64,000 nucleotides of DNA, taken from sequence record MN895436.1; one strand, 5' to 3'. The notes below the pieces were generated by a model. That model had not been told where the DNA came from. It saw only the letters and a list, made by a program, of their open reading frames with translations, and did not search any database. This DNA comes from Escherichia phage teqsoen. Each line of letters opens with the position of its first letter. Within the stretch, counting starts at the first letter, position 1. The position numbers were made by a program, and so were the translations under genes. This document shows positions 44,701 through 54,121 of the stretch, in pieces.

Positions 44701-45596
44701 TACGTATTACGAGTAACGGTGATAAATCTGGTTCAAATTCAGTATTATTCAGAAATGATGGATCAGCGTTTTATATTCTTTTAACAGATAAAAACGCAGC
44801 AGATGGAAATACGACTGCTACAGAAGGAGATTGGAATGGTAAACGTCCTTTCCAAATTAATATGACTTCTGGTGAAGTAACATTCGGAAATAATATTAAT
44901 ATTTCTGGAAACGGAAGCATTACTTGGACAAAAGCCGGAGCAAACCCTAGAAATATGAGAATATTTCATGCAGGTGATGCTTCTCGTGGTAACCGTATTG
45001 AAATCGCAGATGATACTAATTATATTGCTTACTTTGAAAAAACTCCAGGTGGAGCTAACCGCTTTGTAGTAAATAATGCTATTGTAGCTGGTGTTAATCA
45101 AATGAATTCATTTGGTATTAACATCAATAACGCGCTTGGTGGAAATAGTATAGCATTTGGTGATAATGACACAGGTATTAAGCAAAACGGCGATGGATTA
45201 TTAGACATTTATGCGAATGGTGTGCAAACGTTCCGTTTCCAAAACGGTGATTTGTACTCATATAAAAATATAAATGCCCCAAACGTTTATATTCGTTCTG
45301 ATATTCGCTTAAAATCTAATTTCAAACCTATCGAAAATGCACTTGATAAAGTTGAAAAACTCAATGGTGTCATTTATGATAAAGCTGAATACATCGGTGG
45401 AGAGGCAATTGAAACTGAAGCGGGTATTGTAGCTCAAACGTTACAAGACGTTTTACCAGAAGCCGTCCGTGAAACAGAAGACAGCAAGGGTAATAAAATA
45501 CTCACTGTTTCTTCTCAAGCCCAGATTGCTCTTCTGGTTGAAGCTGTGAAAACGCTTTCTTCTCGTGTAAAAGAACTTGAATCTAAACTTATGTAA
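41733..45596 (+). CDS. 37: Long tail fibre distal subunit gp37 with C-terminal intramolecular chaperone-like domain
   Basis: 1287-aa ORF; C-terminal ~110 aa ([16 protein letters not shown]...VKELESKLM) resembles a self-cleaving chaperone domain. Confidence 0.9.
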   Translation: MATLKQIQFKRSKTAGQRPAASVLAEGELAINLKDRTLFTKDDSGNIIDLSISAGGNISGNITQNGDYLQNGTYNLNGNQFVYAGKYIEFLPKTAGNGAWANQHLNKAPIFTDLSSTTSTSEYHPLIKQRYKDGTFSVGTLVNEGSFKIHYINESGTSKYWTFRRDGGFVVDTGSLTVTDGNISASGNINSATGVVSAPQINTKTIAFDTKAFGQYDSQSLVQYVYPGTGETNGINYLRKFRAKSGGTIYHELASAQTGKSDELSWWTGNTAVNKQMGLRNDGSLVLRRSLAIGTITTDENINNYGSTGAMGECYIVIGDASTGLSYKKTGVYDLVASGLSVASITPDSFRSTRKAIFGRSEDQGGTWILPGQNTALLSVHTEVDQNNNGDGQTHIGYNSNSKFYHYFRGRGRMAVGMAEGLIVEPGILDIKTGSNTVSIRADGGISSTQRLSLQNGIFLSSDGNNNGISFKASSSIDGTKTLNWDAGTRAGQNKNTVILKAWGNSFNTSGGTDRHTVFEVSDSQGYYFYAQRTTPASGQTVGPINFKFNGTVETGHINGLGNITLSGAVIADSANIKGPLKISNANTADAFRIWNAEYGAIFRRSETSLHIIPTLKDAGENGGISNLRPLSIDLSNGFVQMHHSLSVGNTVRTNGLFAVDTSAALVAINSHSRVNANFRMQLGQSSYIDAECTDAVRPAGAGSFASQNNENVRAPFYMNIDRTDTSTYVPIVKQRYVQNNSCYSIGTLINGGNFRVHYHEGGDGGSTGAIIKDLGWEFNKNGDFYSPGKLGAGNIRIGTDGNITGGSGNFANLNTTLNHKVNSGFITYGATAGWYKFATVTMPQSTSTVSITVTGGNGFNSGSFNQCAISEIVLRTGNNNPKGLNAVLYRRGLNSFRDIAWVNTSGDTYDIYVNMGTYANQLIFNYSSVDNATVQIIGAFSSAQSPVDTLPETNVKGQVADVLTNLVDSGKTKRFVAESEIAINNQTGLRITSNGDKSGSNSVLFRNDGSAFYILLTDKNAADGNTTATEGDWNGKRPFQINMTSGEVTFGNNINISGNGSITWTKAGANPRNMRIFHAGDASRGNRIEIADDTNYIAYFEKTPGGANRFVVNNAIVAGVNQMNSFGININNALGGNSIAFGDNDTGIKQNGDGLLDIYANGVQTFRFQNGDLYSYKNINAPNVYIRSDIRLKSNFKPIENALDKVEKLNGVIYDKAEYIGGEAIETEAGIVAQTLQDVLPEAVRETEDSKGNKILTVSSQAQIALLVEAVKTLSSRVKELESKLM

Positions 45597-45597
45597 A

Positions 45598-45615
45598 AGA
45601 GGGCTTCGGCCCTCT
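45598..45615 (+). other. Stem-loop between gene 37 stop and gene 38 start
   Basis: AGAGGGC-TTCG-GCCCTCT hairpin directly after the gp37 stop, preceding the SD of gene 38. Confidence 0.35.
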
Positions 45616-45626
45616 AAGGATTTTTA

Positions 45627-46412
45627 ATGGCAATTGTAGGTGTTCCTGGCTGGATTGGTGAATCTGCCGTGAATGAAACTGGACAACGTTGGATGGATGC
45701 TGCAATGAGAGCAGTCCGTGTTTCAGTTCCCGGTTGGATGAGCTCAATGGCCGGACAATCTAAAGAAGTATATTATAGCATTGGTGCTAGTAATTCTTAT
45801 AATAAAGATACATTAATAAACTGGATAAAAGCCCAAGGCAGTACTCCTGTTGTTATTACTATTACAGGAAATATTGTTTCTCAATCTACTGGTGTTCCAT
45901 GCTTAGATTTTCCTAGCTCATTAACTAATGCATACGTGACACTTAATATCAATTCAGGAGTGCATGTTTGGGGCCGTGGCGGGAATGGCGGAAATAACTC
46001 TGCCGGTGGAGCAGGAGGAACTGCAATAAATAATGGAATTGGAACTAGATTGCGTATTAACAACAATGGTGTTATCGCAGGAGGCGGTGGCGGCGGTGGA
46101 GGCGGATATTATTCTCCTTTTTCACAAATGAAATTGACTTTTGGCGGTGGCGGCGGTCGTCCATTTGGTGCTGCTGGCGGGTCTGCTAATATGGAACAGG
46201 GCGCTACTGCTGGTACTATTTCTGCACCTGGTAAAGGGTCTGTCAATGGTATCTATAATGGCGGGAATGGCGGTGATGCTGGTGCCGCAGGTGGTAAATG
46301 TAATATTCGTGGGCAAGGATCAGAATATAACGGCGGCGCGGCCGGTAAAGCTGTTACTGGTAATGCTCCAACTTGGACTAAGGTTGGTACAATATATGGT
46401 TCAAGAGTATAA
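45627..46412 (+). CDS. 38: Receptor-recognising adhesin gp38 (T2-type, glycine-rich motifs)
   Basis: 261-aa ORF with poly-Gly islands (GGGGGGGGGY, GRGGNGGNNSAGGAGG, FGGGGGRPFGAAGG) separated by variable segments. Confidence 0.9.
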   Translation: MAIVGVPGWIGESAVNETGQRWMDAAMRAVRVSVPGWMSSMAGQSKEVYYSIGASNSYNKDTLINWIKAQGSTPVVITITGNIVSQSTGVPCLDFPSSLTNAYVTLNINSGVHVWGRGGNGGNNSAGGAGGTAINNGIGTRLRINNNGVIAGGGGGGGGGYYSPFSQMKLTFGGGGGRPFGAAGGSANMEQGATAGTISAPGKGSVNGIYNGGNGGDAGAAGGKCNIRGQGSEYNGGAAGKAVTGNAPTWTKVGTIYGSRV

Positions 46413-46444
46413 TTTTTGAATAAATATCCTTAAAAGGAGGGTCT

Positions 46445-47101
46445 ATGGCAGCACCTAGAATATCATTTTCGCCCTCTGATATTCTATTTGGTGTTCTAGA
46501 TCGCTTGTTCAAAGATAACGCTACCGGGAAAGTTCTTGCTTCCCGGGTAGCTGTCGTAATTCTTTTATTTATGATGGCGATTGTTTGGTATAGGGGAGAT
46601 AGTTTCTTTGAGTACTATAAGCAATCAAAGTATGAAACATACAGTGAAATTATTGAAAAGGAAAGAAATGCACGCTTTGAATCTGTCGCCCTGGAACAAC
46701 TCCAGATAGTTCATATATCATCTGAGGCAGACTTTAGTGCGGTGTATTCTTTCCGCCCTAAAAACTTAAACTATTTTGTTGATATTATAGCATACGAAGG
46801 AAGATTACCTTCAACAATAACTGAAAAATCACTTGGAGGATATCCTGTTGATAAAACTATGGATGAATATATAGTTCATTTAAATGGACGTCATTATTAT
46901 TCTGACTCAAAATTTGCTTTTTTACCAACTAAAAAGCCTACTCCCGAAATAAACTACATGTACAGTTGTCCATATTTTAATTTGGATAATATCTATGCTG
47001 GAACGATAACCATGTACTGGTATAGAAATGATCATATAAGTAATGACCGCCTTGAATCAATATGCGCTCAGGCGGCCAGAATATTAGGAAGGGCTAAATA
47101 A
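46445..47101 (+). CDS. t: Holin T
   Basis: 218-aa ORF with one TM segment (VAVVILLFMMAIVWY) and a large C-terminal domain; SD AAGGAGG. Confidence 0.93.
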   Translation: MAAPRISFSPSDILFGVLDRLFKDNATGKVLASRVAVVILLFMMAIVWYRGDSFFEYYKQSKYETYSEIIEKERNARFESVALEQLQIVHISSEADFSAVYSFRPKNLNYFVDIIAYEGRLPSTITEKSLGGYPVDKTMDEYIVHLNGRHYYSDSKFAFLPTKKPTPEINYMYSCPYFNLDNIYAGTITMYWYRNDHISNDRLESICAQAARILGRAK

Positions 47102-47374
47102 TTATTTGTTCGTATACATCTCTAGATATCGATATACACCCTCAAAACCCTCGTTGAATTCGTCGATGAGGGTTTTCTTATCTTCTTGAGTTAATTCAGA
47201 AACAATTTTACGGAATGAATTCTGATTTAATTTTCTACCTTCATGCGTTACTCCAATCTCATTCAGAAATGCAATAAAATTAGCACGATTCTCAACAATA
47301 TCTTCTCTGGAAAATTTAATCAAAATAGACGCAACAGTAATAATTTCACGAACTGTATCAATGTTTTTATTCAT
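47102..47374 (-). CDS. asiA: Anti-sigma70 factor AsiA
   Basis: 90-aa ORF matching remembered T4 AsiA. Confidence 0.93.
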   Translation of the reverse strand: MNKNIDTVREIITVASILIKFSREDIVENRANFIAFLNEIGVTHEGRKLNQNSFRKIVSELTQEDKKTLIDEFNEGFEGVYRYLEMYTNK

Positions 47375-47386
47375 TAACTATACCAC

Positions 47387-47539
47387 TCAATTAGTTGACT
47401 TTGTTATAATATCATCAGACGCTTGATTTGTAAACTGGTCTGTGTTATTTTCTTCAAAAATTTTTTCTACGAATTCCTTGAACGACTTACGTTCCTGAGC
47501 TACATTATGCTCGATTACTTTTTCAAGATTATGACTCAT
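47387..47539 (-). CDS. Small acidic protein (50 aa), absent from the ORF track
   Basis: ATG overlapping the arn stop (ATGA); translates MSHNLEKVIEHNVAQERKSFKEFVEKIFEENNTDQF... Confidence 0.4.
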   Translation of the reverse strand: MSHNLEKVIEHNVAQERKSFKEFVEKIFEENNTDQFTNQASDDIITKSTN

Positions 47540-47814
47540 TCGAAATAATCTTCAATTTCATAATCATGGACGTAAATCATTATAGTTTTTAATACATCAT
47601 CAATACTTTTTCCTGGAGCTGGAATTACGTAGAAATATCCTGCTTTTGAGAGGTCTTTATAAGTTCCAATCAAGAAATCATTATTCTCAAGATGTAGTTC
47701 TTCAACTAATTCATTAACAATTGAATGGTATAGGTTTGGTAGAAACTTATATAGCTTTTCTAGAATATCAATTTTGATTGTGTATTGAACCACGGATTGA
47801 GAATCAATAATCAT
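47536..47814 (-). CDS. arn: Anti-restriction nuclease Arn
   Basis: 92-aa acidic ORF at the T4 arn position and length. Confidence 0.8.
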   Translation of the reverse strand: MIIDSQSVVQYTIKIDILEKLYKFLPNLYHSIVNELVEELHLENNDFLIGTYKDLSKAGYFYVIPAPGKSIDDVLKTIMIYVHDYEIEDYFE

Positions 47815-47897
47815 AGACCTTCCCCTTATGTTTCTGTTTGCGATTAGATTCTTTAAACGCTTTCTTCTTATCCTTATGAACAGAAGCTTTATTAAAA

Positions 47898-48116
47898 TTA
47901 TGTTTTGCGACTAAATTGTTCATAGTGCTGAATTACCTCTCTTAAACATTTGCATGTGAATGAAAACTTTTTAGCTACACCACATTCAAATATATGTTCT
48001 CTTAAATCACGTGTATCGGTATATCCCATCTCAACGATAAAATGCCGTATTAGATTTTTATCTTTATCATTGAGAGAATTAAAATAATCGGATTTTGAAT
48101 TAATTTCCCTGGCCAA
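47898..48116 (-). CDS. Hypothetical protein
   Basis: 72-aa ORF. Confidence 0.5.
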   Translation of the reverse strand: MAREINSKSDYFNSLNDKDKNLIRHFIVEMGYTDTRDLREHIFECGVAKKFSFTCKCLREVIQHYEQFSRKT

Positions 48117-48396
48117 ATTGAATCACCTTCAGTTGACGTTTTAATTCTTTTATCATCTCTTCGTTCATCGCAATATAAAGATCGCGTAAAGCAGGTTTTA
48201 GCATGTCATTTATTATAGAACTAAATGGACATACATAATCTTTTCCTACGAGCTTTTTGGTGAATTCCATATCACAGAACTTAAATCCCGGCTCATTGGT
48301 ATAAATTCCCCAATTAGTTGACATCATTTTATTGGCATATTCCAGTGCCTGGATTTGATTCATAATTCCATCAATTTGAAACTTTTTAATATTCAT
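48100..48396 (-). CDS. Hypothetical protein
   Basis: 98-aa ORF. Confidence 0.5.
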   Translation of the reverse strand: MNIKKFQIDGIMNQIQALEYANKMMSTNWGIYTNEPGFKFCDMEFTKKLVGKDYVCPFSSIINDMLKPALRDLYIAMNEEMIKELKRQLKVIQFGQGN

Positions 48397-48857
48397 TAGT
48401 AAAGGTCCTCAGAGTAAAGTTCTTTTTCACTACCACCACGTTCAATACGTACTTGTCCAGCGTAAGTTGCAATAATCATTGCTTCTTCACGTGTCCAATA
48501 ATTACTATATTGGTCAATAAACCCTTGGTCATCATCACAAACTTGCTGAGTAACTAATTGAGGTTTAACTACATCTAAAACTTCTGCCATATCTTTAGAA
48601 TAATGACGAGCACCTGGAATAACAAGAGTTCGTCCATCTTTTAATTTAAAACGGTTGGCTGCACAGACAATTCGTCGTTGATACTTTTGGTTTTCATCCC
48701 AGTACGCAGTCTGCCAACAGATTTCAGGAACTTCTTTCAGAATATCTTCTTCTGTGCATTTATAACCATGTGCTTTAAATTTTTCAACAAGACTTTCTGG
48801 AGTTTCACGAGATAAAGGCACATTCAGCATTTTTAAACGATTAATAAATGGGTTCAT
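48396..48857 (-). CDS. Hypothetical protein
   Basis: 153-aa ORF. Confidence 0.55.
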   Translation of the reverse strand: MNPFINRLKMLNVPLSRETPESLVEKFKAHGYKCTEEDILKEVPEICWQTAYWDENQKYQRRIVCAANRFKLKDGRTLVIPGARHYSKDMAEVLDVVKPQLVTQQVCDDDQGFIDQYSNYWTREEAMIIATYAGQVRIERGGSEKELYSEDLY

Positions 48858-49183
48858 TTAAACCATCCTTTAATACGCTGCCACAAAGTTTTCTGTTGAG
48901 CTTTGTTAACACCAATTGAGCGAATAACTGGTTGAGATTCCTGGAATTCTTTATAATCAGCAAGGTAAATTTCGTAAGCTGCATCCGTAAATGAACTTAT
49001 CGCCGCCATAAAATTATTGCGAATACCTACTGGAGCATCTTTACTTTCACGAATAATCATGTATTTACCAGTCTTAATCTTTACGATAGTTCCAAGATAA
49101 GCTCCATGGTACCAGATGTCCCACCCCTCTTGAGTGGGTTCTGCACAACGACGAAGTTCATTAACAATTTCTAACTTGTTCAT
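48854..49183 (-). CDS. Hypothetical protein
   Basis: 109-aa ORF. Confidence 0.55.
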   Translation of the reverse strand: MNKLEIVNELRRCAEPTQEGWDIWYHGAYLGTIVKIKTGKYMIIRESKDAPVGIRNNFMAAISSFTDAAYEIYLADYKEFQESQPVIRSIGVNKAQQKTLWQRIKGWFK

Positions 49184-49193
49184 TATTTATTCC

Positions 49194-49829
49194 TCACAGT
49201 TCAGATGCTACGGTGATTACTGCTTCAATGTTTTCTGCCGAGCGTTTAATGTCAAGATACACATTACCGTTTTTAGCGATTTTACATGACATTCCGATAT
49301 CAGTAAATTTCTGAATATGGTGTTCCATCATTTTGTATCCAAAAATTCGCATATTTCCATTGTTATTAATTTCAAAATTACGAATTCCGTGAGTGCGTTT
49401 TTCTAAAATAGCAAGATAGTTACTGCGGTAAGTTTCAACCTTTTTAAGAACAAATCCATTTTCATCTAAAAGTTTTAACATGAGGTCTTTATCTTCTTCC
49501 ATATCAGAAGTAATCTCGCGAGCTTTACGAGTTGCTCGTTTTTTCAGCAGTTCCGGAGCATTTTCCTGTGCATATAAAGTTGCTGCGTTTGAAATAATAT
49601 CCTGAGCTTCACCTGTAATGATTAATCCATCACCAGATTTCTCCACCAGGCCTTTTTTAATCAATACCCCAATATTACTATTAACTACTGCGTTACCTAA
49701 ATCTGGATGCACCTCACGAACTTCTGCAGCTGTAATGAAATCTTTCTTAGCAATAGTAATTAAAATCGCAGCAGTTTTTTCATTCAGAACATCGTTAGAA
49801 GCTTTGATGATGTAAGTTACTTTAGACAT
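49194..49829 (-). CDS. motA: Middle transcription activator MotA
   Basis: 211-aa ORF matching remembered T4 MotA. Confidence 0.93.
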   Translation of the reverse strand: MSKVTYIIKASNDVLNEKTAAILITIAKKDFITAAEVREVHPDLGNAVVNSNIGVLIKKGLVEKSGDGLIITGEAQDIISNAATLYAQENAPELLKKRATRKAREITSDMEEDKDLMLKLLDENGFVLKKVETYRSNYLAILEKRTHGIRNFEINNNGNMRIFGYKMMEHHIQKFTDIGMSCKIAKNGNVYLDIKRSAENIEAVITVASEL

Positions 49830-49864
49830 TTTCTAATCTCCGTAATTCTGTATCAGTAGTTGAT

Positions 49865-49902
49865 AGTTGTATAGTACCACAGTATGCTTTGGTTGTAAAC
49901 CG
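49865..49902 (-). promoter_or_regulatory. Early promoter element (reverse strand)
   Basis: GTTTACA ... GGTACTATACAACTATCA on the reverse complement, upstream of motA. Confidence 0.45.
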
Positions 49903-49920
49903 TTTTGTGAAAAAATTTTA

Positions 49921-49950
49921 AAATAAAAAAGGGAGAGCCTCGGCTCTCCC
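49921..49950 (-). terminator. Intrinsic terminator (reverse strand)
   Basis: GGGAGAGCC-TCG-GGCTCTCCC hairpin followed on the reverse strand by TTTTTTATTTT. Confidence 0.6.
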
Positions 49951-49955
49951 TAAAA

Positions 49956-50105
49956 TTACTGCATGACTGTGATAACTGTCATGATAACACGTTGAATGCC
50001 GAACGCAAGAAGACCTCCTGCTACGGCTGGAACAACACCTACCCCCGCTAGTAAAATTCCGCCAGATACTAATGCTGCGCTTGTAATACCTATAAATGGA
50101 CTCAT
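49956..50105 (-). CDS. Small hydrophobic membrane peptide (49 aa, motA.1-like position)
   Basis: ATGA overlap with the gene 52 stop; translates MSPFIGITSAALVSGGILLAGVGVVPAVAGGLLAFG...; below the track length cutoff. Confidence 0.45.
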   Translation of the reverse strand: MSPFIGITSAALVSGGILLAGVGVVPAVAGGLLAFGIQRVIMTVITVMQ

Positions 50106-51430
50106 TTGATTTCCTCTAAATCTTTAGTGTATTCAGTAACTACATCAGTAGTTTTCCAATATTCGTTTTCTTCTTTTTTAGCTTTAGCTTCTTCAGCAAG
50201 TTTCTTTGCTTCATCAGAAGTCATATGAAAAATATTCATACCAACTAGTTTATCAACATAAGAAGAATACATCTCAATTTTAGAAAGTTCTTCAGTCAGT
50301 TCTTTGCGAGTTTTACCCTGTACAACGATTTCACCTGAAATTACTTTCTTAATGAAATGTGCCTTGGCAAAGGCTAAACGAAAAGCTGACTCAGTTTCTT
50401 TGATTTTGTTATCAATTCGTTTTTGGACATAAGTTTTACGAACTTCAACAAAGTCTTTAATTAAATCAACTACATTATCGTAAACTTGTAGTTTTCCTTT
50501 CTCATTAATAACCGTAATATTCTGAGAACGACGCTCAATCAACCCGAAGTCTTTCATAATTTTTGCATGGCGTTCTTCTTCATTATCGCTCAAAGAATAT
50601 TCTTTACGGAATTTAACTTTGAATCCAAAACCGTGCTCACCGCAAGCATCATCCCATGTAATGAAGCCTTTATCTTCAAGTGGGTCTAAGATTTTACTCA
50701 CATAAGTTTCACGATCATACTTATATGGAATCTCAGTGATATGCATTTGAGTTCGTGAAGTAAACTTATATGTTCCGCGAATTTCATATTGACCATCAAT
50801 CTCAACGACTTCACCACGAAATTCTGGGAATTCTACCTTCGGTTTAGTTACTTTCTTTCCTTGAAGAGCTTGCAGTACAGCTTTCTTGACAGAAGAAACA
50901 CTATGAGGAAGAATGTAAGTTGCATAACCAGTTGCAATACCGGAAACACCATTAAGAAGAACAGTAGGAATAATAGGCAAATAGAAAGCAGGCGGAATGT
51001 GTTCTTTATCTTGATGTACCGGGGCATATTCAGTATCTTTATATACGTTATAGAAATTTTTACTTACACGAGCAAAAATATAACGACTTGCTGCTGCTTT
51101 TTGGACGGTACGAGAACCAAAGTTTCCTTGACCGTCTAACAGAGGAAAGTTATTATTCCAAGTGTTAGCCATCAAAGCACCTGCGTCTTGCGCAGAGTTT
51201 TCACCATGATGATATCCAAGGTCCGCTACACCGCCTGCGATAGAAGCGAGTTTGTGAAACTTATCTTTATTTCCTCGTGCCAAATCAAGAGCTCGAGCAA
51301 TAACAAATCGTTGAACTGGCTTAAATCCGTCAATCATATTTGGGATAGCACGATTTTCAACCGTGTACATAGCATAAGCCAATGCTTCATTATCAATGAT
51401 ACTTTTTAAATCGCGATTATTCAGTTGCAT
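50102..51430 (-). CDS. 52: DNA topoisomerase II medium subunit gp52
   Basis: 442-aa ORF, T4 gp52 length. Confidence 0.93.
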   Translation of the reverse strand: MQLNNRDLKSIIDNEALAYAMYTVENRAIPNMIDGFKPVQRFVIARALDLARGNKDKFHKLASIAGGVADLGYHHGENSAQDAGALMANTWNNNFPLLDGQGNFGSRTVQKAAASRYIFARVSKNFYNVYKDTEYAPVHQDKEHIPPAFYLPIIPTVLLNGVSGIATGYATYILPHSVSSVKKAVLQALQGKKVTKPKVEFPEFRGEVVEIDGQYEIRGTYKFTSRTQMHITEIPYKYDRETYVSKILDPLEDKGFITWDDACGEHGFGFKVKFRKEYSLSDNEEERHAKIMKDFGLIERRSQNITVINEKGKLQVYDNVVDLIKDFVEVRKTYVQKRIDNKIKETESAFRLAFAKAHFIKKVISGEIVVQGKTRKELTEELSKIEMYSSYVDKLVGMNIFHMTSDEAKKLAEEAKAKKEENEYWKTTDVVTEYTKDLEEIK

Positions 51431-51434
51431 AAAT

Positions 51435-51575
51435 TTACCATACTAGTGAATGTAGTGCCATAATAACATCAGAAATGAAAAGCACGACTTGAATTAATCC
51501 GAACATTACTCCATAATATAGTGCTACCAATAAAGTAGCAAGGGCTAGTGAATAGCCCAAGATTTTCTTAATCAT
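51435..51575 (-). CDS. Small membrane peptide (46 aa, 52.1-like position)
   Basis: Translates MIKKILGYSLALATLLVALYYGVMFGLIQVVLF...; not in the ORF track. Confidence 0.4.
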   Translation of the reverse strand: MIKKILGYSLALATLLVALYYGVMFGLIQVVLFISDVIMALHSLVW

Positions 51576-51726
51576 TAGTAGATAACAACACAAATGTTAA
51601 ATATGCACACATACCCTGGGCTAAAGCTTGTGAAAACACACTGCTAGCATCGATACAGATAGTTAAAACACATGCTACTATCCAACAAATAAATGAAATA
51701 ACTCCTAATAATTTTGCGATATTCAT
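51568..51726 (-). CDS. ac: Small membrane protein, ac-like (52 aa)
   Basis: Translates MNIAKLLGVISFICWIVACVLTICIDASSVF...; position between stp and gene 52 as for T4 ac. Confidence 0.45.
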   Translation of the reverse strand: MNIAKLLGVISFICWIVACVLTICIDASSVFSQALAQGMCAYLTFVLLSTND

Positions 51727-51733
51727 ATTTTCC

Positions 51734-51814
51734 TCACTGGCGTCCGAAGACGCCTTTAGTTTTAAGATTATTACGATAGAACTGCATCACATGTTCGTTA
51801 TGGAAATTACTCAT
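51734..51814 (-). CDS. stp: Stp peptide (26 aa)
   Basis: Translates exactly [26 protein letters not shown], the remembered T4 Stp sequence; start overlaps the ndd stop. Confidence 0.85.
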
Positions 51815-52272
51815 TAATATGCCTGCAAAACAAATTTAAAGTTATCAGCCAACATACGGTTCATTTCTTCAAGTGTTTGATAATCAGAATGATGATTACG
51901 AGTAAACGCTAAAGCTAACTGTCCTTTTCCAAATCCCGTCGTCAGAGGTTTCATCTTAGAAGCAGGCAGATAAAATACTGTGTATGGAACATTGTTATTT
52001 GCAATAGTACGCGCAAGCTGAGACCGGCGTTGACGAATATGACTTAGAACTGCGCTGAATCCTTGCTTAGAACGCTGATTACCTACATAAAATCGTGCAG
52101 ACACACATGGATTATTAAATGGACGACCATCTAATTTACTCACTAAAAAGTAAAATCCAGGTTTAGATAAAAAGTCTTTATGTGGAACTCCCAAAAACCA
52201 TTCACCGTTCTTGATTGTACCAATAACGGTAGCGCCTGCATTATTCAGATCAGTAACAGTCATGTATTTCAT
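51814..52272 (-). CDS. ndd: Nucleoid disruption protein Ndd
   Basis: About 152 aa from [13 protein letters not shown]...; the track ORF extends 16 codons upstream. Confidence 0.85.
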
Positions 52273-52332
52273 ATTAATTTCCTCTAAATTATTTTCTACT
52301 CCAAGGCCGCATGAATACACGCGGCCATTAAA

Positions 52333-52548
52333 TTAATCGTCGCAGTCGACGCTCAATTCCCAAAACTCTTCTACAGCATAAGTTTCAGTATCATTTTCAA
52401 TACAGAAACGTTCATTACTGTTATTTGCTAAAGTAGCATTAACTGTCGGTTTCTCGCTAGTGCTCTTAAGAGGTGAAATACGAATTAACTGATCACCGTT
52501 ATCTAAACAGAAAATTTCACCAACTTTTACATCTTTAAAACTTTTCAT
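52333..52548 (-). CDS. Hypothetical protein
   Basis: 71-aa ORF. Confidence 0.5.
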   Translation of the reverse strand: MKSFKDVKVGEIFCLDNGDQLIRISPLKSTSEKPTVNATLANNSNERFCIENDTETYAVEEFWELSVDCDD

Positions 52549-52663
52549 AATTCACCTCAAGGAGTATAAAATCCAAATGCAGTTGTTGACCATCCCATCC
52601 AATACGGAAAATTTGCACCAATGTAAAACATAAGAATATAAAACCAAATGTTTAGTAAATTCA

Positions 52664-52882
52664 TCATTTTACACCATTCCAAATTGTTTCAACTACGGAT
52701 TTTAAACCATTCTGATGAATATCCATTCCGACTACCGCCATCAAATAGATTCCAACTACAACTGAACCTAAGGCAAAAATCAGCATGAAAATGAATAAAG
52801 CCGGAAAAATATTATCGAAAAACCATTCAATAAATGTAAAAGCACCGCGTTTACGCTTCATATTTTCCTCACATAAATCCAA
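52664..52882 (-). CDS. Small membrane protein
   Basis: 72-aa ORF with a strongly hydrophobic core (FPALFIFMLIFALGSVVVGIYLMAVVG). Confidence 0.5.
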   Translation of the reverse strand: MDLCEENMKRKRGAFTFIEWFFDNIFPALFIFMLIFALGSVVVGIYLMAVVGMDIHQNGLKSVVETIWNGVK

Positions 52883-52982
52883 AGTAAACGTTTAATACAT
52901 CAATCATTAAAACGATTGGGAATATACTCAAAACTATTAGTATTATAACTACATTCCATATAGCTTTAACAATCTTTTTCAT
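52869..52982 (-). CDS. Small membrane peptide (about 37 aa)
   Basis: Internal ATG (MKKIVKAIWNVVIILIVLSIF...) of the track ORF; the upstream part of the track ORF overlaps a promoter element. Confidence 0.4.
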   Translation of the reverse strand: MKKIVKAIWNVVIILIVLSIFPIVLMIDVLNVYFGFM

Positions 52983-52999
52983 TTTCTGTTCCTCCGTAG

Positions 53000-53043
53000 T
53001 TGATAGGGTAATAGTACCACGGAAGAACAGTCTTGTAAACAAC
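53000..53043 (-). promoter_or_regulatory. Early promoter element (reverse strand)
   Basis: GTTTACA ... GGTACTAT on the reverse complement. Confidence 0.4.
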
Positions 53044-53225
53044 TTTTTTAAAAATATTCGTAATAAATGTGAATACCAACTACTACCGCTGAAACTTGCA
53101 CAACCCACCACGCACAAGCAATAAGTACAGAATTCAAAATTTTCATAATAACCTCATCACAAAAGTAAATGTTAAACAAATTACTGGAATACTAATTAAC
53201 CAAACAAAACACCACCATAATGAAC

Positions 53226-53489
53226 TCATAGCTCAATCTCAGCGATTTTCATTTCACTACTATTAATAGCCGCTTTAAGACTATCTGAAAGAATTACATT
53301 CCAGTGGTCATTCATATGACCATTAACTAAGCGTGTAATTTCTTCAGGAGTTGAAAAATAAGGCTGATCAGACTCCCAATGCGATAATCCTAAGCGAGTA
53401 TAAATCATGCCTTCATCATCGCTAGAATATTCAACTGACACAAACTCATCAGTTATTTTATGTTTAGCGTAATAAAATTTAAATTTCAT
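53226..53489 (-). CDS. Hypothetical protein
   Basis: Internal ATG (MKFKFYYAKHK...) with SD GGAGGAG; upstream track extension covers a promoter element. Confidence 0.5.
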   Translation of the reverse strand: MKFKFYYAKHKITDEFVSVEYSSDDEGMIYTRLGLSHWESDQPYFSTPEEITRLVNGHMNDHWNVILSDSLKAAINSSEMKIAEIEL

Positions 53490-53506
53490 TTTTACTCCTC
53501 CGTAGC

Positions 53507-53548
53507 TGATAGTTGTATAGTACCACGGTCCTTGTGGTATGTAAACCA
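53507..53548 (-). promoter_or_regulatory. Early promoter element (reverse strand)
   Basis: GTTTACATACCACAAGGACCGTGGTACTATACAACTAT on the reverse complement. Confidence 0.45.
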
Positions 53549-53563
53549 TTTTGTGAAATTTTT

Positions 53564-54121
53564 TTAAATGGAAAGATACCATCCGTTGTAGTTGCTTTTT
53601 CTTACAACCTTACGAAGGTCTTCTCTGTCACCGATGAACTTCGGAGTGTACTGGATGACACCTGGATGAATTTCTTTAGTGTTGAATATAATTATACAGT
53701 CAGCGACTTGATGATTTAGAATGGGCCCTAGATTTATTCCAGAACCGTATGGATACTCTCCGCTGCATCCTGTTGTTACAGAAATCCAACGTGAGTCAGT
53801 TTGGTGTGTCTTAACTTCTACACGAAGCCCGCAGTATCTTGGATGCGCCAATACATCCCATGCGTATGTATACGGGTCATTAACATCCTCTTGGCCTTTA
53901 TTAACATACCCGCTTAACCAATCTGCTACAAAAAATTCTGCGTACACAGCGATACGACATCTTTCAATAACTTCTGCTTTATCCTGGTTCGGGTTTTGTT
54001 TTAAAGAGTATCTTGCTGTATCAGCAATTTTGACCTTCATTTCACTAGTCAAGTCACTGTTCGATAGGGTAAATGTCGGAATCTGAAATAGTCTCTGTAA
54101 ACCCGGATTCGTTTTCTGCAT
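53564..54121 (-). CDS. denB: Endonuclease IV
   Basis: 185-aa ORF at the T4 denB position and length. Confidence 0.85.
   Translation of the reverse strand: MQKTNPGLQRLFQIPTFTLSNSDLTSEMKVKIADTARYSLKQNPNQDKAEVIERCRIAVYAEFFVADWLSGYVNKGQEDVNDPYTYAWDVLAHPRYCGLRVEVKTHQTDSRWISVTTGCSGEYPYGSGINLGPILNHQVADCIIIFNTKEIHPGVIQYTPKFIGDREDLRKVVRKSNYNGWYLSI

Noticed and set aside
46030-46170. Possible CRISPR-like or tandem DNA repeat (GGCGGTGGCGGCGG runs)
   Set aside because: These are codons for the poly-glycine motifs of the gp38 adhesin, not spacer-repeat architecture
45881-46419. Several ORFs overlapping gene 38 on both strands (45881..46066, 46122..46316, 46141..46419)
   Set aside because: Artefacts of the GGN-rich glycine motif region of gp38, which is open in multiple frames
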